Source: an uncultured Acidobacteriota bacterium (GTDB lineage: Bacteria > Acidobacteriota > Terriglobia > UBA7540). Taken from it: a stretch of 64,000 bases of DNA. Both the position numbers and the translations under genes were made by a program. Every line of letters starts with the position of its first letter. The stretch's first letter is position 1. The stretch spans positions 256,001 through 320,000 of the forward strand of contig CAWDSK010000009.1 of the NCBI GenBank assembly GCA_963804995.1, given 5' to 3'. The notes beneath the pieces are model-generated. The model was not told the DNA's origin. It made no database searches and saw only the letters and a program-made list of their open reading frames with translations. Shown here piece by piece: positions 20,486-31,203 of this stretch.

Positions 20486-21766
20486 TCAGGCGCCAAACTG
20501 GCGGCGCACGGCGTCGAGATAACTGTAGCCGTAGAGCCCGTCAGGCAACAGGTAGTGGTCTTCCGTCCACTCGTTCCAGGCGGAGAGGAAGATCACCGGA
20601 GGCTTGGTGCGCTGGGCGGCCGCGAAATATTTTGCGGCGAGCAGTTGCAGCTCAAACTGGTCGGGGGATCGATGCACCAGGATGTGCGCGTTGCGGCCGT
20701 AACGCGGGGTGTTGTTCCACCCCACAGGACAATCCGGAAAATAGGGTAGGTTCACTTGGGGTGCCGTGGCCTTCCAGAGTTTGATGCTTTCCTCGACGGC
20801 CTCCGCGTACTCGGTGGTCTTTCCCGGCGGCCCACCTCCGCAGGTGTGATAGTGCGTGGCGCTGTCAAATCCGGACTCCCGCAGGGGCGTCTTCCCCGCG
20901 TTGTAGGCGTGGCTTGCCTGGATGTGAAGCCCCTTCAAGCCTGCCTTCACGGCGCGGTTGCGCATCCGGTCGAAGATGGCGCGCAGTTTTTCCACGCCAA
21001 AATGCTTCAGGATTCCTCCGGTGCCGTCGATATTGAAAATGGCGAAAACCGGCATATCGTTTATGCGCCAGTAGTTCGGTTCGCGCAGGTAATGCTCAAG
21101 CAGATAATCCGTAAGGCGGTCTATATCCGCTTCGCTATAGGTCTGCGGAAAGATAATCGCCTCCTCACCCTTGAGGGGCGCGGGGTAGTTGTTGGGCCAA
21201 TTATGGTTCGCCCACATCACGGCGAACTTCAGCTTTTGCCGGTTCGCGGCGCGGAGAAAGCCTTGCTCCAGTTGCTCATGGTAAAACATGGTGCCTTCGT
21301 GCCAATACCAGTCAATCATAAAAGCGGTGATGCCGGAATCCGCGGCCAGGTCGATTTCGCGCGCCGCCCAGGTGGGATCGGCCTCGTTGAAAGAAGCCGG
21401 GTCGGAGGAATCGTACATGCCCCAGAGCGGCTGCTTGGGCTGAATCTCCCCGTCGAACCAGGGCGTCGCGTGCCGCACGGCTTCGAATTCAGTCCAACCC
21501 TTACCGAAACGCTGTTCCATCCAGGGGCTGGGATGCCAACTCGGGAAGTTGTAGACCACCGCTTCAAACGGAATACCCGCGAGCGGCACGGAAGTGTCCA
21601 CCAGACCTTCCATTTTCTGCCGGGTAAAGTAGGCGACGCCGGGGGGCACCAATGGCCAGGTAGTCGGCGCGGCCGGGACGGTGGTCGCGGCGGCTTCGCC
21701 ACGGGCAGGAAGATTCAGCGCCGCCGCAGAAAGCGGGATGGCGCCTAAAAAAGTCCTTCGATCCAT
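20486..21766 (-). CDS. Glycoside hydrolase family 99-like / WbsX-like protein with Tat signal
   Basis: DRRTFL; FPSWH, DWYW, MWANH and SAWNEWTE. Confidence 0.8.
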   Translation of the reverse strand: MDRRTFLGAIPLSAAALNLPARGEAAATTVPAAPTTWPLVPPGVAYFTRQKMEGLVDTSVPLAGIPFEAVVYNFPSWHPSPWMEQRFGKGWTEFEAVRHATPWFDGEIQPKQPLWGMYDSSDPASFNEADPTWAAREIDLAADSGITAFMIDWYWHEGTMFYHEQLEQGFLRAANRQKLKFAVMWANHNWPNNYPAPLKGEEAIIFPQTYSEADIDRLTDYLLEHYLREPNYWRINDMPVFAIFNIDGTGGILKHFGVEKLRAIFDRMRNRAVKAGLKGLHIQASHAYNAGKTPLRESGFDSATHYHTCGGGPPGKTTEYAEAVEESIKLWKATAPQVNLPYFPDCPVGWNNTPRYGRNAHILVHRSPDQFELQLLAAKYFAAAQRTKPPVIFLSAWNEWTEDHYLLPDGLYGYSYLDAVRRQFGA

Positions 21767-21974
21767 GAGTTCCTCCGCAAGATGATCATTTGAGCATGGC
21801 CGGGAATCGTACTCCATATTCTCTCAGTCCGCGCGAAAGAATATTCTGAAGGCAAACTCTGGTACAATCCCGGGAACCTAATGGAAGTGAAATTAAAGCC
21901 GCCGCTGGAATCTCCCCAGGCGCCCCCCGTAAAAGCCTTGGCCTCGTAAGGGAGCGTCAGAAAAAGGAGCAAGC

Positions 21975-23999
21975 ATGTTCAACTCGACGCATGGCCCTAC
22001 ACTCCAATCGAAGGCGCGCAGAAGTGTACCTTGTTACACGTTTCTGCTGGCGCTCCTGACGACCGCGGCGCTCCAGTTCTCGGGCTGTGGGAAGTCGTCT
22101 GCCGAACCCTCACTCTCGAATTCCGCCCGCGAAGCCCTACCGCAAACTACCGGCAGGTCTGCGTTCACGGTGGATCGCGAGGCTGGGCAACGGGCTTACG
22201 ACCCTGACTTTCTGAAGGCTCTCTCCGGTTCGTCTTCGGCCGTTTCTCCAAAACGTCCTCCCGTCGGGAAAAGGGTCGTCAAAGCGGAGGGATACGAAAT
22301 CACCCTCAACATCTCGCATCAAGTGCTGCTCTTGAATGTGCCGGAGGTCCGGGAATTCGCTTCGAGTGGTAGCGCTGGTCAAAGTGGGCCACCCTTATCG
22401 CCATCCTTTGCGGATTTAGGCCTGAACGCCTCCAGCTTTGCCCCGGTGGCGGCGCTGGCTCTCAAGGCCAAGCAATTTGACGACGGGCTCTACGCGGCCG
22501 TGGAGATCGCCTCCGACGCGGGGCTGAATCATTTCCCTGACCGCGAGCACTTTCTCCTGGACCTGCTAAAGGCCCTGGAGAGCGACAGCAACCAGAAGGC
22601 GAAAGTCCTCTTGACGGCCGCCGCACGGCTGGGTGGCCAGCAACCGCAGGCTCCCGCCGACGTGGCCAGCCAAGCCGAAAAGCTCCAGCAAGATTTCCTG
22701 AGCGACGAGCTGAACGCGAAGGTTCTGGGCTTCTACACCTGGAGCAACCAGTTGGCGCAAATCTTTCAGCGCGACCGCATGCTCCAAACCCAAATCGACG
22801 CGCAGACGGCCCGCAGCTACGCCGAGGCGCTGGCGCACAATGATCAGCTTCTCAAGGACTACGTGACGAGCCTGAGCCTGATGGAAAAGTTAACCAACGC
22901 GCTCTCCTGGGCCGACCTCCGTCAGATGGCTGGGGCGCTGAAGGAAGGGCGGACTCCCTCCTTCCCCAAGCCCGTATCCCTGTTTCCACCTTCCCGGGCT
23001 GCAGAGACCGACCTCGCCAAAAAACTCTTAGGACAACAACCGATCCCGGACGGGTTCAACCTCGCCGATGAGATGGTCAATCGTCTGCGCGCTGGAACTC
23101 TGGACCTCAAACCCAGGCCCAACTCCGGTTGGTATGATTACGAGTCGTACGCGCTGCAACCCTTGGCCGTCCCCGACAAGACGCCGGAGGCTCAGCACCT
23201 CACTTTTGATGAAAGCTATCGCAAGGAGCTTGTGGCGTTATTCAAGGCTGGGCTCGCTTTGACGCGCGAGACGCACATCAAGCAACTTGAGAGGCCGGAG
23301 TTGGCCACGATGGCCGCGCCCCGCGTCCAGATCCCGGAGGTTTATGTTTCACCCGATCTGACCTTGGAGCCTACGGCCACCTACTACCTGCGCCGTGCCC
23401 GCTCTTATCGCTTTGTGCATGAGGTTGTCCAGCAAACCTTCGGCCGGACGGGGCTCACCCAGATGCGGCGCCTTACCGCAGCGGGGCCGGTTAACCTCTC
23501 GCTGGATGTGGAGCTTGGCCTGATGGAGTCGCTGTTCTATGGCGCCTACCTGCGTTCGTGCGATGAAATCGGAATGACGCCTGAAACCGCCGCGGATCTC
23601 GGAAACCTCCAGGCCGAGAATACTGACCGCGCTCTCCTGACAGCGTGGTTGGCCTCGGTCAGCAAGGACCCCGACCTTGGAAAAGACTTCCGGATGATGG
23701 TTCCACTCTTCTTCGACGCGATTCGCGGAAAGACCAAAGTCTGGGTGGTTCTCGGAATCTCCACTGAACCCCTAAGAGTGTCTTACTCCCAAGAGCCGAC
23801 CATCGAGGGGATTAGGGACGCCGACGGCAAGCGCGTCAACCTCGACCAAGTGATCGTAAAGTTTGATTCCGAAAATCAGAGAATTGCTCGCATCGCCTCG
23901 GCTGAGGTTTACGTCGGGCACCTGCTCAACCGAACTGAGTTTCGCAAGCTCTGCGACCAACAAAAAACCTACGAGGCCATCCTCAAAAACCTGAAGTAA
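21975..23999 (+). CDS. Large hypothetical lipoprotein
   Basis: 674-aa ORF; AGGAG RBS; lipobox FSGC after a hydrophobic stretch. Confidence 0.75.
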   Translation: MFNSTHGPTLQSKARRSVPCYTFLLALLTTAALQFSGCGKSSAEPSLSNSAREALPQTTGRSAFTVDREAGQRAYDPDFLKALSGSSSAVSPKRPPVGKRVVKAEGYEITLNISHQVLLLNVPEVREFASSGSAGQSGPPLSPSFADLGLNASSFAPVAALALKAKQFDDGLYAAVEIASDAGLNHFPDREHFLLDLLKALESDSNQKAKVLLTAAARLGGQQPQAPADVASQAEKLQQDFLSDELNAKVLGFYTWSNQLAQIFQRDRMLQTQIDAQTARSYAEALAHNDQLLKDYVTSLSLMEKLTNALSWADLRQMAGALKEGRTPSFPKPVSLFPPSRAAETDLAKKLLGQQPIPDGFNLADEMVNRLRAGTLDLKPRPNSGWYDYESYALQPLAVPDKTPEAQHLTFDESYRKELVALFKAGLALTRETHIKQLERPELATMAAPRVQIPEVYVSPDLTLEPTATYYLRRARSYRFVHEVVQQTFGRTGLTQMRRLTAAGPVNLSLDVELGLMESLFYGAYLRSCDEIGMTPETAADLGNLQAENTDRALLTAWLASVSKDPDLGKDFRMMVPLFFDAIRGKTKVWVVLGISTEPLRVSYSQEPTIEGIRDADGKRVNLDQVIVKFDSENQRIARIASAEVYVGHLLNRTEFRKLCDQQKTYEAILKNLK

Positions 24000-24141
24000 C
24001 TTCAATTGAGTTCTGCAGGAATAGGGACCCCTCAACCCGCCTTGGAGGGGGCAAGGAGGGCTAAGCGAGTTCCTGTTGCATCTCGGCCCGGCTTCCCTTA
24101 CCATCGCCGTGGGCTCCAAATTCAAAAAGGCAGGTATCACC

Positions 24142-25298
24142 ATGAGCAGGACCATTAACCGCCGGGAGTTTATCCAGGGCCTAGGGGTTGCAGCAGCGGG
24201 ATTCTATCTCGCTCCATCCGGGCTGTTGGCGAGCACGGCGCCCACGGCGCCCGTGGCAGTTGCCAGGTGCACCACCTACGGGCCACAAGTCATGACCACG
24301 CTGGCCGGGATGTTCGACCAGTTGGGTGGCATTGAGAAGCTGGTGCGGGGCAAGACCGTGGCCGTGAAGATCAACGTCACGGGAAGCCCGCCGGAGTTTT
24401 TCCACGGCCTGCCGCTGGGGCAGACCTATTGGGTCCATCCCCAGGTCGTGGGCTCTGTGGTTCACCTCCTGGGGAAGGCGGGAGCGCGCCGGATCCGGCT
24501 GGTCGAAAGCCCTACCAGGTCGACGCTAGCGACGCTTCAGGAATTTCTGGCGTCCGCCAAGTGGAATCCCAGTGATTTTTCCAGCGCCGCGCCTGCCGTG
24601 GAGTTTGAGAACACCAACTTCGCGGGGCCCACAGGAAAATACGCGCGCTTGTGGGTACCGGGCGGCGGCTTGCTGTTCAAGGCTTACGATGTGAACCACT
24701 CCTATGAGGATTGCGACGTTTATGTTTCAGTCGCCAAACTCAAAGAGCACTCTACCGCCGGCGTAACCTTGTCGATGAAAAACAGCTTTGGAGTTCCGCC
24801 CACCACGATCTATGGAAATGGGGCGGGCCTGGACGAGCCCAGCAAAATTCCACAGGGGGCGCGCTCTGGCACTCTGCATGAGGGTAAACGTCAACCGCCC
24901 AAGAGTTCTCTGGCTGAAAATGATCCGCACTCGCCGCGCGACCCCGGCTACCGCGTGCCGCGCGTAACGGCTGACCTAGCGGCGGCCCGGCCCATTCATC
25001 TGGCGGTATCGATGGCATTGAAACCGCGGCGGGCGGTGAGGGCCCCTGGGTCAAGAACTTTCGCACGGTTCGCGCCGGCCTGCTGATTGCCGGCACCAAT
25101 TGCGTCACGACCGACGCTGTATGCACGGCCTTGATGGGCTTTGACCCCATGGCCGACCGCGGCACGGCTCCGTTCGAAACCTGCGACAGCACGCTGAAGC
25201 TGGCGGAGCAATTGGGGCTTGGCACGCGCGACTTGAGGCGAATTGAAGTTCGCGGCCTGCCGATCGCGAAAGGCATGGTGAACTTCCGGGCCGCTTAG
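24142..25298 (+). pseudogene. DUF362-family protein with Tat signal, frameshifted at ~25007 (possibly an error)
   Basis: NRREFI; VAVKIN, AKLKEH..GVTLSMKN; continues in another frame as IDGIETAAGGEGPW..TDAVCTALMGFDP to TAG at 25298. Confidence 0.8.
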
Positions 25299-25418
25299 CA
25301 GGCTGTTGAAAAACCCTCACGGTGCGACGTAGCGGCGGGTTTACCCCGCCACATCACCAATGATTTCAACAGCGGATGGCGGGGTAAACCCGCCGCTACG
25401 TCGTTTTTAATCAGCCTG
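25299..25418. mobile_element. MITE-like element with CAGGCTG..AAAA ends enclosing GTAG-REP hairpins
   Basis: CAGGCTGTTGAAAAA...TTTTTAATCAGCCTG; internal GTAGCGGCGGGTTTACCCCGCC inverted pair, also seen at ~26597. Confidence 0.6.
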
Positions 25419-25483
25419 CCTAGACGGAGAAAACGTCGCTGCCTGGGCGGGCGAGTGGGTTGCATTGCCCTGCTCTCCTCCTT

Positions 25484-25648
25484 ATGATTTCCGGGGTGAT
25501 GCGGCGCCTGCGCGGTGTCAATTTCGATGGCGTCGTAATCCCGGATCACATTCCGGATATCCTGGAAGGCCCGCGCGCCGGCACCGCCTACTGTATCGGT
25601 TACATGAAAGCCCTAATGCGGCGGGCCAATGCCGAGTTCTCGGCGTGA
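25484..25648 (+). pseudogene. C-terminal remnant of a UxuA-family dehydratase
   Basis: VMRRLRGVNFDGVVIPDHIP..AYCIGYMKALM aligns with the end of the 11691-12809 protein; the N-terminal ~300 aa are missing. Confidence 0.7.
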
Positions 25649-25741
25649 GTTTAGGCGTGATTTCAGAAGTGCTGACCTAAAGGTCAGCGCTACGACGCCT
25701 GGTGTCCCGACCAGCTCGGGACGCTACAACGGCATGTGCTT

Positions 25742-26389
25742 TCAGAAGTCTTCGCTGGGGGGAGCGGAATCAGCGTGCGGCGCGGAAAGGTGCGAGGTGT
25801 CGTTCAATAACATCAGGCGCCAGCCTTCTCCCGTGTGCTGGAAAATGTTCACCGCGGCATTTTCGACGGCCACGCGCCGGCGATATTCCGAAAGCGGCAC
25901 GCCCAGAATGTAGCAGGCAAGTAAGCGGCTAAGCGTTTTGTGGCAGACCACCAGCACGTTCCCTTGCTCGTGGCGCAAGGCCAGGTCAGCCAGAAAGGGC
26001 GCCGCGCGCTCCACAAGCTGCTCGCCGCTTTCCCCCTCAGGCGGCGCCAGGCGCCCGGGATCAGCAACCCAGGCATGATAGGCCGCAGGATCCGCCTGCC
26101 GGATCTCCTCAAACGTCTTCCCTTCCCACGTACCGTAGTTCAGTTCCGCCAGGCGGTCGTCAACGACGGGAACGAGTCCCGTGGCCTCGCCGATGATGCG
26201 CGCGGTATCAAGGGCGCGCCGCAAAGGGCTGGAATACATGACCTCAAAAGGAATGGACTTCAAGCGGCGGGCGAGCAGCCGGGCCTGCCGCCGGCCGGCG
26301 CCGGAAAGCAGAACATCCGTGCGCCCGCAGACGCGGCCCTCCAGGTTCCACTCGGTTTCACCGTGCCGGACGAAATAGAAGAGCGCCAT
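25742..26389 (-). CDS. Histidine phosphatase family protein
   Basis: RHGETEWN, SSPLRRA, E..YG.WEG, GES, VVCH. Confidence 0.9.
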   Translation of the reverse strand: MALFYFVRHGETEWNLEGRVCGRTDVLLSGAGRRQARLLARRLKSIPFEVMYSSPLRRALDTARIIGEATGLVPVVDDRLAELNYGTWEGKTFEEIRQADPAAYHAWVADPGRLAPPEGESGEQLVERAAPFLADLALRHEQGNVLVVCHKTLSRLLACYILGVPLSEYRRRVAVENAAVNIFQHTGEGWRLMLLNDTSHLSAPHADSAPPSEDF

Positions 26390-26740
26390 GTTATTAATTT
26401 TGGATTTTAGATTTTGGATTTTGGATTCTAGACCGTGCGCGGCCGATCTGTCCTCCCAGCGAACCCAAGAGAGATACCTCACACCACCTGTTTATGTTCC
26501 GCACGCAACGATTCTAGCATTGCTGGGGGCGCGATGATCACCCCCGGCGGAAAATGCCGATGGCCAATTTTTAGCTAATGGTACAGGTTGATGTTATAGC
26601 GGCGAGTTTACCTCGCCAAATGGCGGGGTAAACCCGCCGCTACGTCAAACTGAACCACTCCCAATCTTTGCCTTTCCTTCCCGAGAGGCTATAGAATGCG
26701 TGAAGCGAAAATTGACCGGGTTTCTTTTCCGGAGTTACTC

Positions 26741-28153
26741 ATGGCGCAAGCAGGTTTCTCAGTTCTGATTCTCGCGGGCGGCAAGGCCACGCGCTTCAAG
26801 TCAGAGCGTCCCAAATTGCTGCACGCGCTGGCCGGACGCCTGCTGGGCGAGCGCGTTCTCAGTACAGCCGCCGCGGCCGGACCCGAACGCGTCTACATGA
26901 TCGTGGGGCATCAAGCCGAGGAGATGCGGAAAACCTTTGCGCGCCCGGGGCTGGAGTTCATCGAGCAGAAGGAGCAACTGGGCACGGGGCACGCTGTTAT
27001 GGAGTCGCGCCCGGAGCTTGAGCGCTGCCCGAGTGATGTGGTGGTGGCGCTGGTGGGCGACGCACCCCTGCTGCGGCCTGAAACCCTGCGCGCGCTGGTG
27101 GCGACGCACCGCAAAGAACGTGCCGCCTGCACCATTCTCACCACGCGACGCGAGGATCCCGCGGGCTACGGGCGCATTGTGCGAGGCGCCGGCCGGCGGG
27201 TGCGCGCCATCGTGGAGGAGAAGGCGGCGAACGCGCGGCAGAAGAAGATCCAGGAAATCAACACCGGCATTCTCTGCTTCTCGCGCCGACCGCTGCTGGC
27301 GCATCTCGCGGAGCTGTGGCCGAACGCCGAACAGGGAGGCGAATACTTCCTTACCGACCTCGTCGAAATCTTCAACCGCCATCGTCTGAAGGTCGCGGCG
27401 TTTGAAGCCCCCGCGGATGAAGTCCGGGGCATCAATGATCGCGGAGATTTGGCAAGCGCCGAAGCGCAACTGCGCCGGAACAAGGCAGAAACGCTGATGC
27501 GTGACGGCGTCACCCTGACGGACCCCGCCGTCACTTACATCGATGAAGCCGTGGAAGTCGGCCCCGACACGGTCATTGAGCCGGGCGTAAGCCTGCGCGG
27601 AGCGACGCGCGTGGGCAGCGGCTGCCGCATCGGGACCTACTCAACCCTCACGGACTCAGTACTCGCGGACAACGTTACGGTGCGCCCCGGCTGTGTCATC
27701 ACGAATTCCCAAGTGGGCAAGGGCGTGACCCTTGGCCCCTATGCACACCTGCGGGACGGCGCGGTGATCGAATCCGAGGCGCGCATCGGAAATTTTGTGG
27801 AAGTAAAGAAATCCAGGATTGGAAGGGGCGCCAAGGCGATGCACCTGACTTACCTGGGCGATGCCGCGGTGGGTGAACGAGCCAATATTGGCGCCGGCAC
27901 AATCACCTGCAACTACGACGGCGAAAAGAAGAATCCGACTACGATCGAAGAAGAAGTCTTCATCGGCAGCGGCAACATGCTGGTGGCGCCGGTCCGGGTG
28001 GGCAAAGGTTCGTACACGGCCGCGGGCTCGACCATTACTCACGACGTGCCGCCGGAGTCGCTTGCCATTGGCCGCGCCCCGCAGGTGAACAAGGAAGGTT
28101 GGGCGCGCCAGAGGAAAGGCGCCAAGGCCCCCGGGAACGACAAGGGTAAGTAA
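26741..28153 (+). CDS. glmU: Bifunctional UDP-GlcNAc pyrophosphorylase / GlcN-1-P acetyltransferase
   Basis: ILAGGKATRFKS..PK, QLGTGHA, GNFVEVK, HLTYLGDA, TCNYDG, hexapeptide repeats. Confidence 0.97.
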   Translation: MAQAGFSVLILAGGKATRFKSERPKLLHALAGRLLGERVLSTAAAAGPERVYMIVGHQAEEMRKTFARPGLEFIEQKEQLGTGHAVMESRPELERCPSDVVVALVGDAPLLRPETLRALVATHRKERAACTILTTRREDPAGYGRIVRGAGRRVRAIVEEKAANARQKKIQEINTGILCFSRRPLLAHLAELWPNAEQGGEYFLTDLVEIFNRHRLKVAAFEAPADEVRGINDRGDLASAEAQLRRNKAETLMRDGVTLTDPAVTYIDEAVEVGPDTVIEPGVSLRGATRVGSGCRIGTYSTLTDSVLADNVTVRPGCVITNSQVGKGVTLGPYAHLRDGAVIESEARIGNFVEVKKSRIGRGAKAMHLTYLGDAAVGERANIGAGTITCNYDGEKKNPTTIEEEVFIGSGNMLVAPVRVGKGSYTAAGSTITHDVPPESLAIGRAPQVNKEGWARQRKGAKAPGNDKGK

Positions 28154-28278
28154 CGGGATGGCGCGGTCCCCCGCCTTTGGGTCCGCGGTTCTTCGTGCCC
28201 GCCGAGGTTCGCCCGCTCCTTCACTCGGATCTGCGCCTGCTTTGCATCGACGCAGTCCTTTCCTCTAATATCAGAAGC

Positions 28279-29181
28279 ATGAGTGATTCGACCATCGTCG
28301 TGGCGGGAGCTACCGGCAATCTGGGCGGCCGCATCGTAAGAGCTTTGCGCGAACGGGGCGCCAACGTCAGAGCGCTGGTTCGCCAGGGCGCGGCGCGAGA
28401 CAAGCTGGAGCGACTGCAGGCGCTCAACGTAACAATTGCCACTGTCGACTGGACCAGCGCTTCCCAAGTAACAGCGGCATGCTCGGGTGCGGCGTGCGTG
28501 GTATCGGCGCTCGCGGGGTTGCGGGACGTGATCGTGGAAGCGCAAGCGGTTCTGCTCAACGCTGCGCTTAAGGCCGAGGTGCCACGTTTCATTCCGTCCG
28601 ATTACTCGATCGATTTCACCAAGTTTCCACTCGGAGAGAATCGCAATCTCGATCTGCGCCGAGACTTTCACCAGCGCCTCGATAAGACTTCGATTCGAGC
28701 GACCACCATCTTCAACGGGGCGTTTGCCGAACTGCTGACCGGTCAGATGCCGCTCATTCTCTTCAAATGGAAGCGCGTCCTCTATTGGGGTGACGCGGAC
28801 CAGCGCCTGGACTTCACCACGATGGACAACACGGCGGCCTTCACGGCCAGCGCGGCGCTCGATCCATCCACCCCTCGCTTTCTGCGCATTGCGGGTGATC
28901 AACCGAGCGCCCGGGAACTCGCGGCGGTGGTCAGTGAAGTGACCGGAGAGGAGTTCCGCCTGTTCCGGGCCGGAGGCCTGGGAATGCTCGGCACGCTGAT
29001 CAAGGTCGCGCGCACCGTCGCGCCCGGAGAGAAGGAACTTTACCCGGCATGGCAGGGCATGCAGTACATGCGTAACATGTTCGACGGCCGGGCAAAGCTC
29101 CGGCCGCTCAACAACGATCGCTATCCCGGTATGCGTTGGACGACGGCTCGGGATGTCCTCCGAGCGCGTGAAGTTAAGTAG
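28279..29181 (+). CDS. NmrA-family NAD(P)-binding protein
   Basis: VVAGATGNLG and RFIPSDY. Confidence 0.85.
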   Translation: MSDSTIVVAGATGNLGGRIVRALRERGANVRALVRQGAARDKLERLQALNVTIATVDWTSASQVTAACSGAACVVSALAGLRDVIVEAQAVLLNAALKAEVPRFIPSDYSIDFTKFPLGENRNLDLRRDFHQRLDKTSIRATTIFNGAFAELLTGQMPLILFKWKRVLYWGDADQRLDFTTMDNTAAFTASAALDPSTPRFLRIAGDQPSARELAAVVSEVTGEEFRLFRAGGLGMLGTLIKVARTVAPGEKELYPAWQGMQYMRNMFDGRAKLRPLNNDRYPGMRWTTARDVLRAREVK

Positions 29182-29290
29182 CCTGCGCCCCCGGCAGGAG
29201 CCTCGGTGGGCAGGCAGCGTAGCGGGGTTCCCCCCGTTCTTGGGGTCCGCGGTTTTTTCCTGTCAATAGAAGACGAACCGTTGGCTGGCG

Positions 29291-31203
29291 GTTGCGGTAG
29301 GGATACCGGTTACCCGGTACCCCCCGCACGGATCCGTACGTGCGCTGGTTAGCGCATACGGCTCTTATCTCGGATGTGTGGCGGCGAACCGTTGGGATGG
29401 CCAAGGATGCACAACGTGCGGAGCAGGCAACCAGCAGGCCGCAAGCTTCCCCAGTCGGTCCCAGTTGAGGCGGTGGCGTTGACTGCGTTGACGCAGTTGT
29501 GTTCGCCACAGTCGGGTCAACCGTTCCCGAAAGATTCGCAGGCGGTCGAGGTTTCCCGGTACCGCGTGATAGTTGAAGTAGCCTTGCACGACCGACCGGA
29601 GCCATTTACCCGTATCCGCGATGGGATCGTGCCGACGCTGCCGGAGTTGTTGCTTGAGTTCCTGCAACTTCCCCCGCAGGCGCTTGCTGATCGTCTTCCG
29701 CTTCACGGTAAATTGCCCCCTCCGGTTCTTCCCGCTGATATGCGTGAAGCCCAGAAAGTCGAACGTCTCCGGCTTACCTTCTCCTCTCCGTTTCCGGTAA
29801 AGTTCGGCAAACGGCCCGAACTCGATCCGGCGCGTTTTGTCAGGATGCAGTTCCAATCCAAACTTCCCCACCCGCTCCCGGAAATCCTCCAGAAAGCGGT
29901 CGGCTTCCGTCTGCGATTGGAATCCAAGGACCGTATCGTCGGCATACCGCACCACGACCACGTCTCCCCGGGCGTGCTTCTTGCGCCACGCCTGCACCCA
30001 CAGGTCAAAGACGTAGTGCAGATAGATATTCGCCAGCAGGGGCGAGACCACCGCCCCTTGTGGCGTACCCATCTCCGTCTCCGACCATTCGCCTTCCTCC
30101 CTCACCCCGGCTTTCAGCCATTTCTGGATGAGCCGGAGAATCCGGGGGTCGGCGACGCGATGCTGCACGAACTTGAGCATCCATTCGTGGGATATCGAAT
30201 CGAAAAATCCACGAATGTCCGCGTCAAGAACGTAGTTCACGTGCTTCACCGTGAGCGCGTACGAGAGCGCGTCCAGCGCTTGATGCTGGCTGCATCCCGG
30301 TCGAAAGCCATACGAGAAGCCCAGAAAGTCTTCCTCGTAAATCGCATTGAGGATGGTGACCACGGCCTGTTGGACGATCTTGTCCTCCAGTGCCGCAACC
30401 CCCAACGGACGTTGCCGCCCGTCGCCTTTCGGGATATACGCCCTTCGCGAGGGCTTCGCTCGGAATGCTCCGCGGTGGACCCGGCTGTGCAGATCGACGA
30501 GTCGACCTTCCAGCCCGCTTTCATACTCCTGCCACGTCATGCCGTCTACTCCCGGTGCAGCTTTTCGCTTCAAGGCGTAAAAGCTTTCCCGCAGCAGATC
30601 GACCGTTAAGTGGTGGAGCAAGGCCGTGAACTTCATCTCCCTGTGTTCCTTCGCGGCTTTCCGCACACCCGCGAGTCCCTGGGACACGCGTGCCCCGCTC
30701 TGTGTCGGGTGCGTGTTAGGCCAACGGGTGTTCTCCTTGATCAGCGGCCTTCCCTCCTCATTCTCCGCCAACGGCTTCCCGTCTTTGTTCAAATGATTCA
30801 TCGGTACTGTTCCGCTGTCCGACTCCTCGAGAGCGTGCAGGCGGGCTGTACGGCCATCGCCTTTTCCCGCCGTCCGGCCACGATCTACGGCGGCCGGCGC
30901 CTCCGAGGTCTCCCGGTTCTCGTGCAGAAAGTGTCTAGGCGTGTCTGGGGTCTACGACTACGCAGGACTGTGCCGGAACTCGCGTTGGCGTCCCGGCCTC
31001 ATGTTGCCTTCCGTTTAGTCTGAAAACGTCGGCGTCCTGATTGGACATTTTCGAAGCTCAATACCCAGCCCACCTATTCCCCTGTTTACGCTTCACCGTG
31101 CGCCTCACGACGCCCAGCGCAAAACTCGGGGCCGAGTGGATCGCTGCTCCTTCCTCGTGAGAAATTTTCATTCTCTGCTTTCTGCCGGTTTATCCCGGCG
31201 CAC
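29291..31203 (-). mobile_element. Complete group II intron
   Basis: 5' GTGCG at 31203; 34-nt domain V GAGCCGTATGCG..CGTACGGATC (29364-29331); domain VI hairpin ending ..CTACCGCAAC; EBS1 loop at 31017-31022. Confidence 0.93.
29365..30801 (-). CDS. ltrA: Group II intron reverse transcriptase/maturase (no HNH domain evident)
   Basis: APGVDG, RPLG..EDKIVQ, SYGFRPG, DADI..FFD, GTPQG, RYADD, FDFLGF; the true start may be a downstream GTG. Confidence 0.95.
   Translation of the reverse strand: MNHLNKDGKPLAENEEGRPLIKENTRWPNTHPTQSGARVSQGLAGVRKAAKEHREMKFTALLHHLTVDLLRESFYALKRKAAPGVDGMTWQEYESGLEGRLVDLHSRVHRGAFRAKPSRRAYIPKGDGRQRPLGVAALEDKIVQQAVVTILNAIYEEDFLGFSYGFRPGCSQHQALDALSYALTVKHVNYVLDADIRGFFDSISHEWMLKFVQHRVADPRILRLIQKWLKAGVREEGEWSETEMGTPQGAVVSPLLANIYLHYVFDLWVQAWRKKHARGDVVVVRYADDTVLGFQSQTEADRFLEDFRERVGKFGLELHPDKTRRIEFGPFAELYRKRRGEGKPETFDFLGFTHISGKNRRGQFTVKRKTISKRLRGKLQELKQQLRQRRHDPIADTGKWLRSVVQGYFNYHAVPGNLDRLRIFRERLTRLWRTQLRQRSQRHRLNWDRLGKLAACWLPAPHVVHPWPSQRFAATHPR

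Noticed and set aside
29374..30609. 411-aa plus-strand ORF
   Set aside because: Antisense shadow of the intron RT.
29365..30801. RT as retron, DGR or defence RT
   Set aside because: It lies within full group II intron RNA boundaries (GTGCG, domains V and VI).
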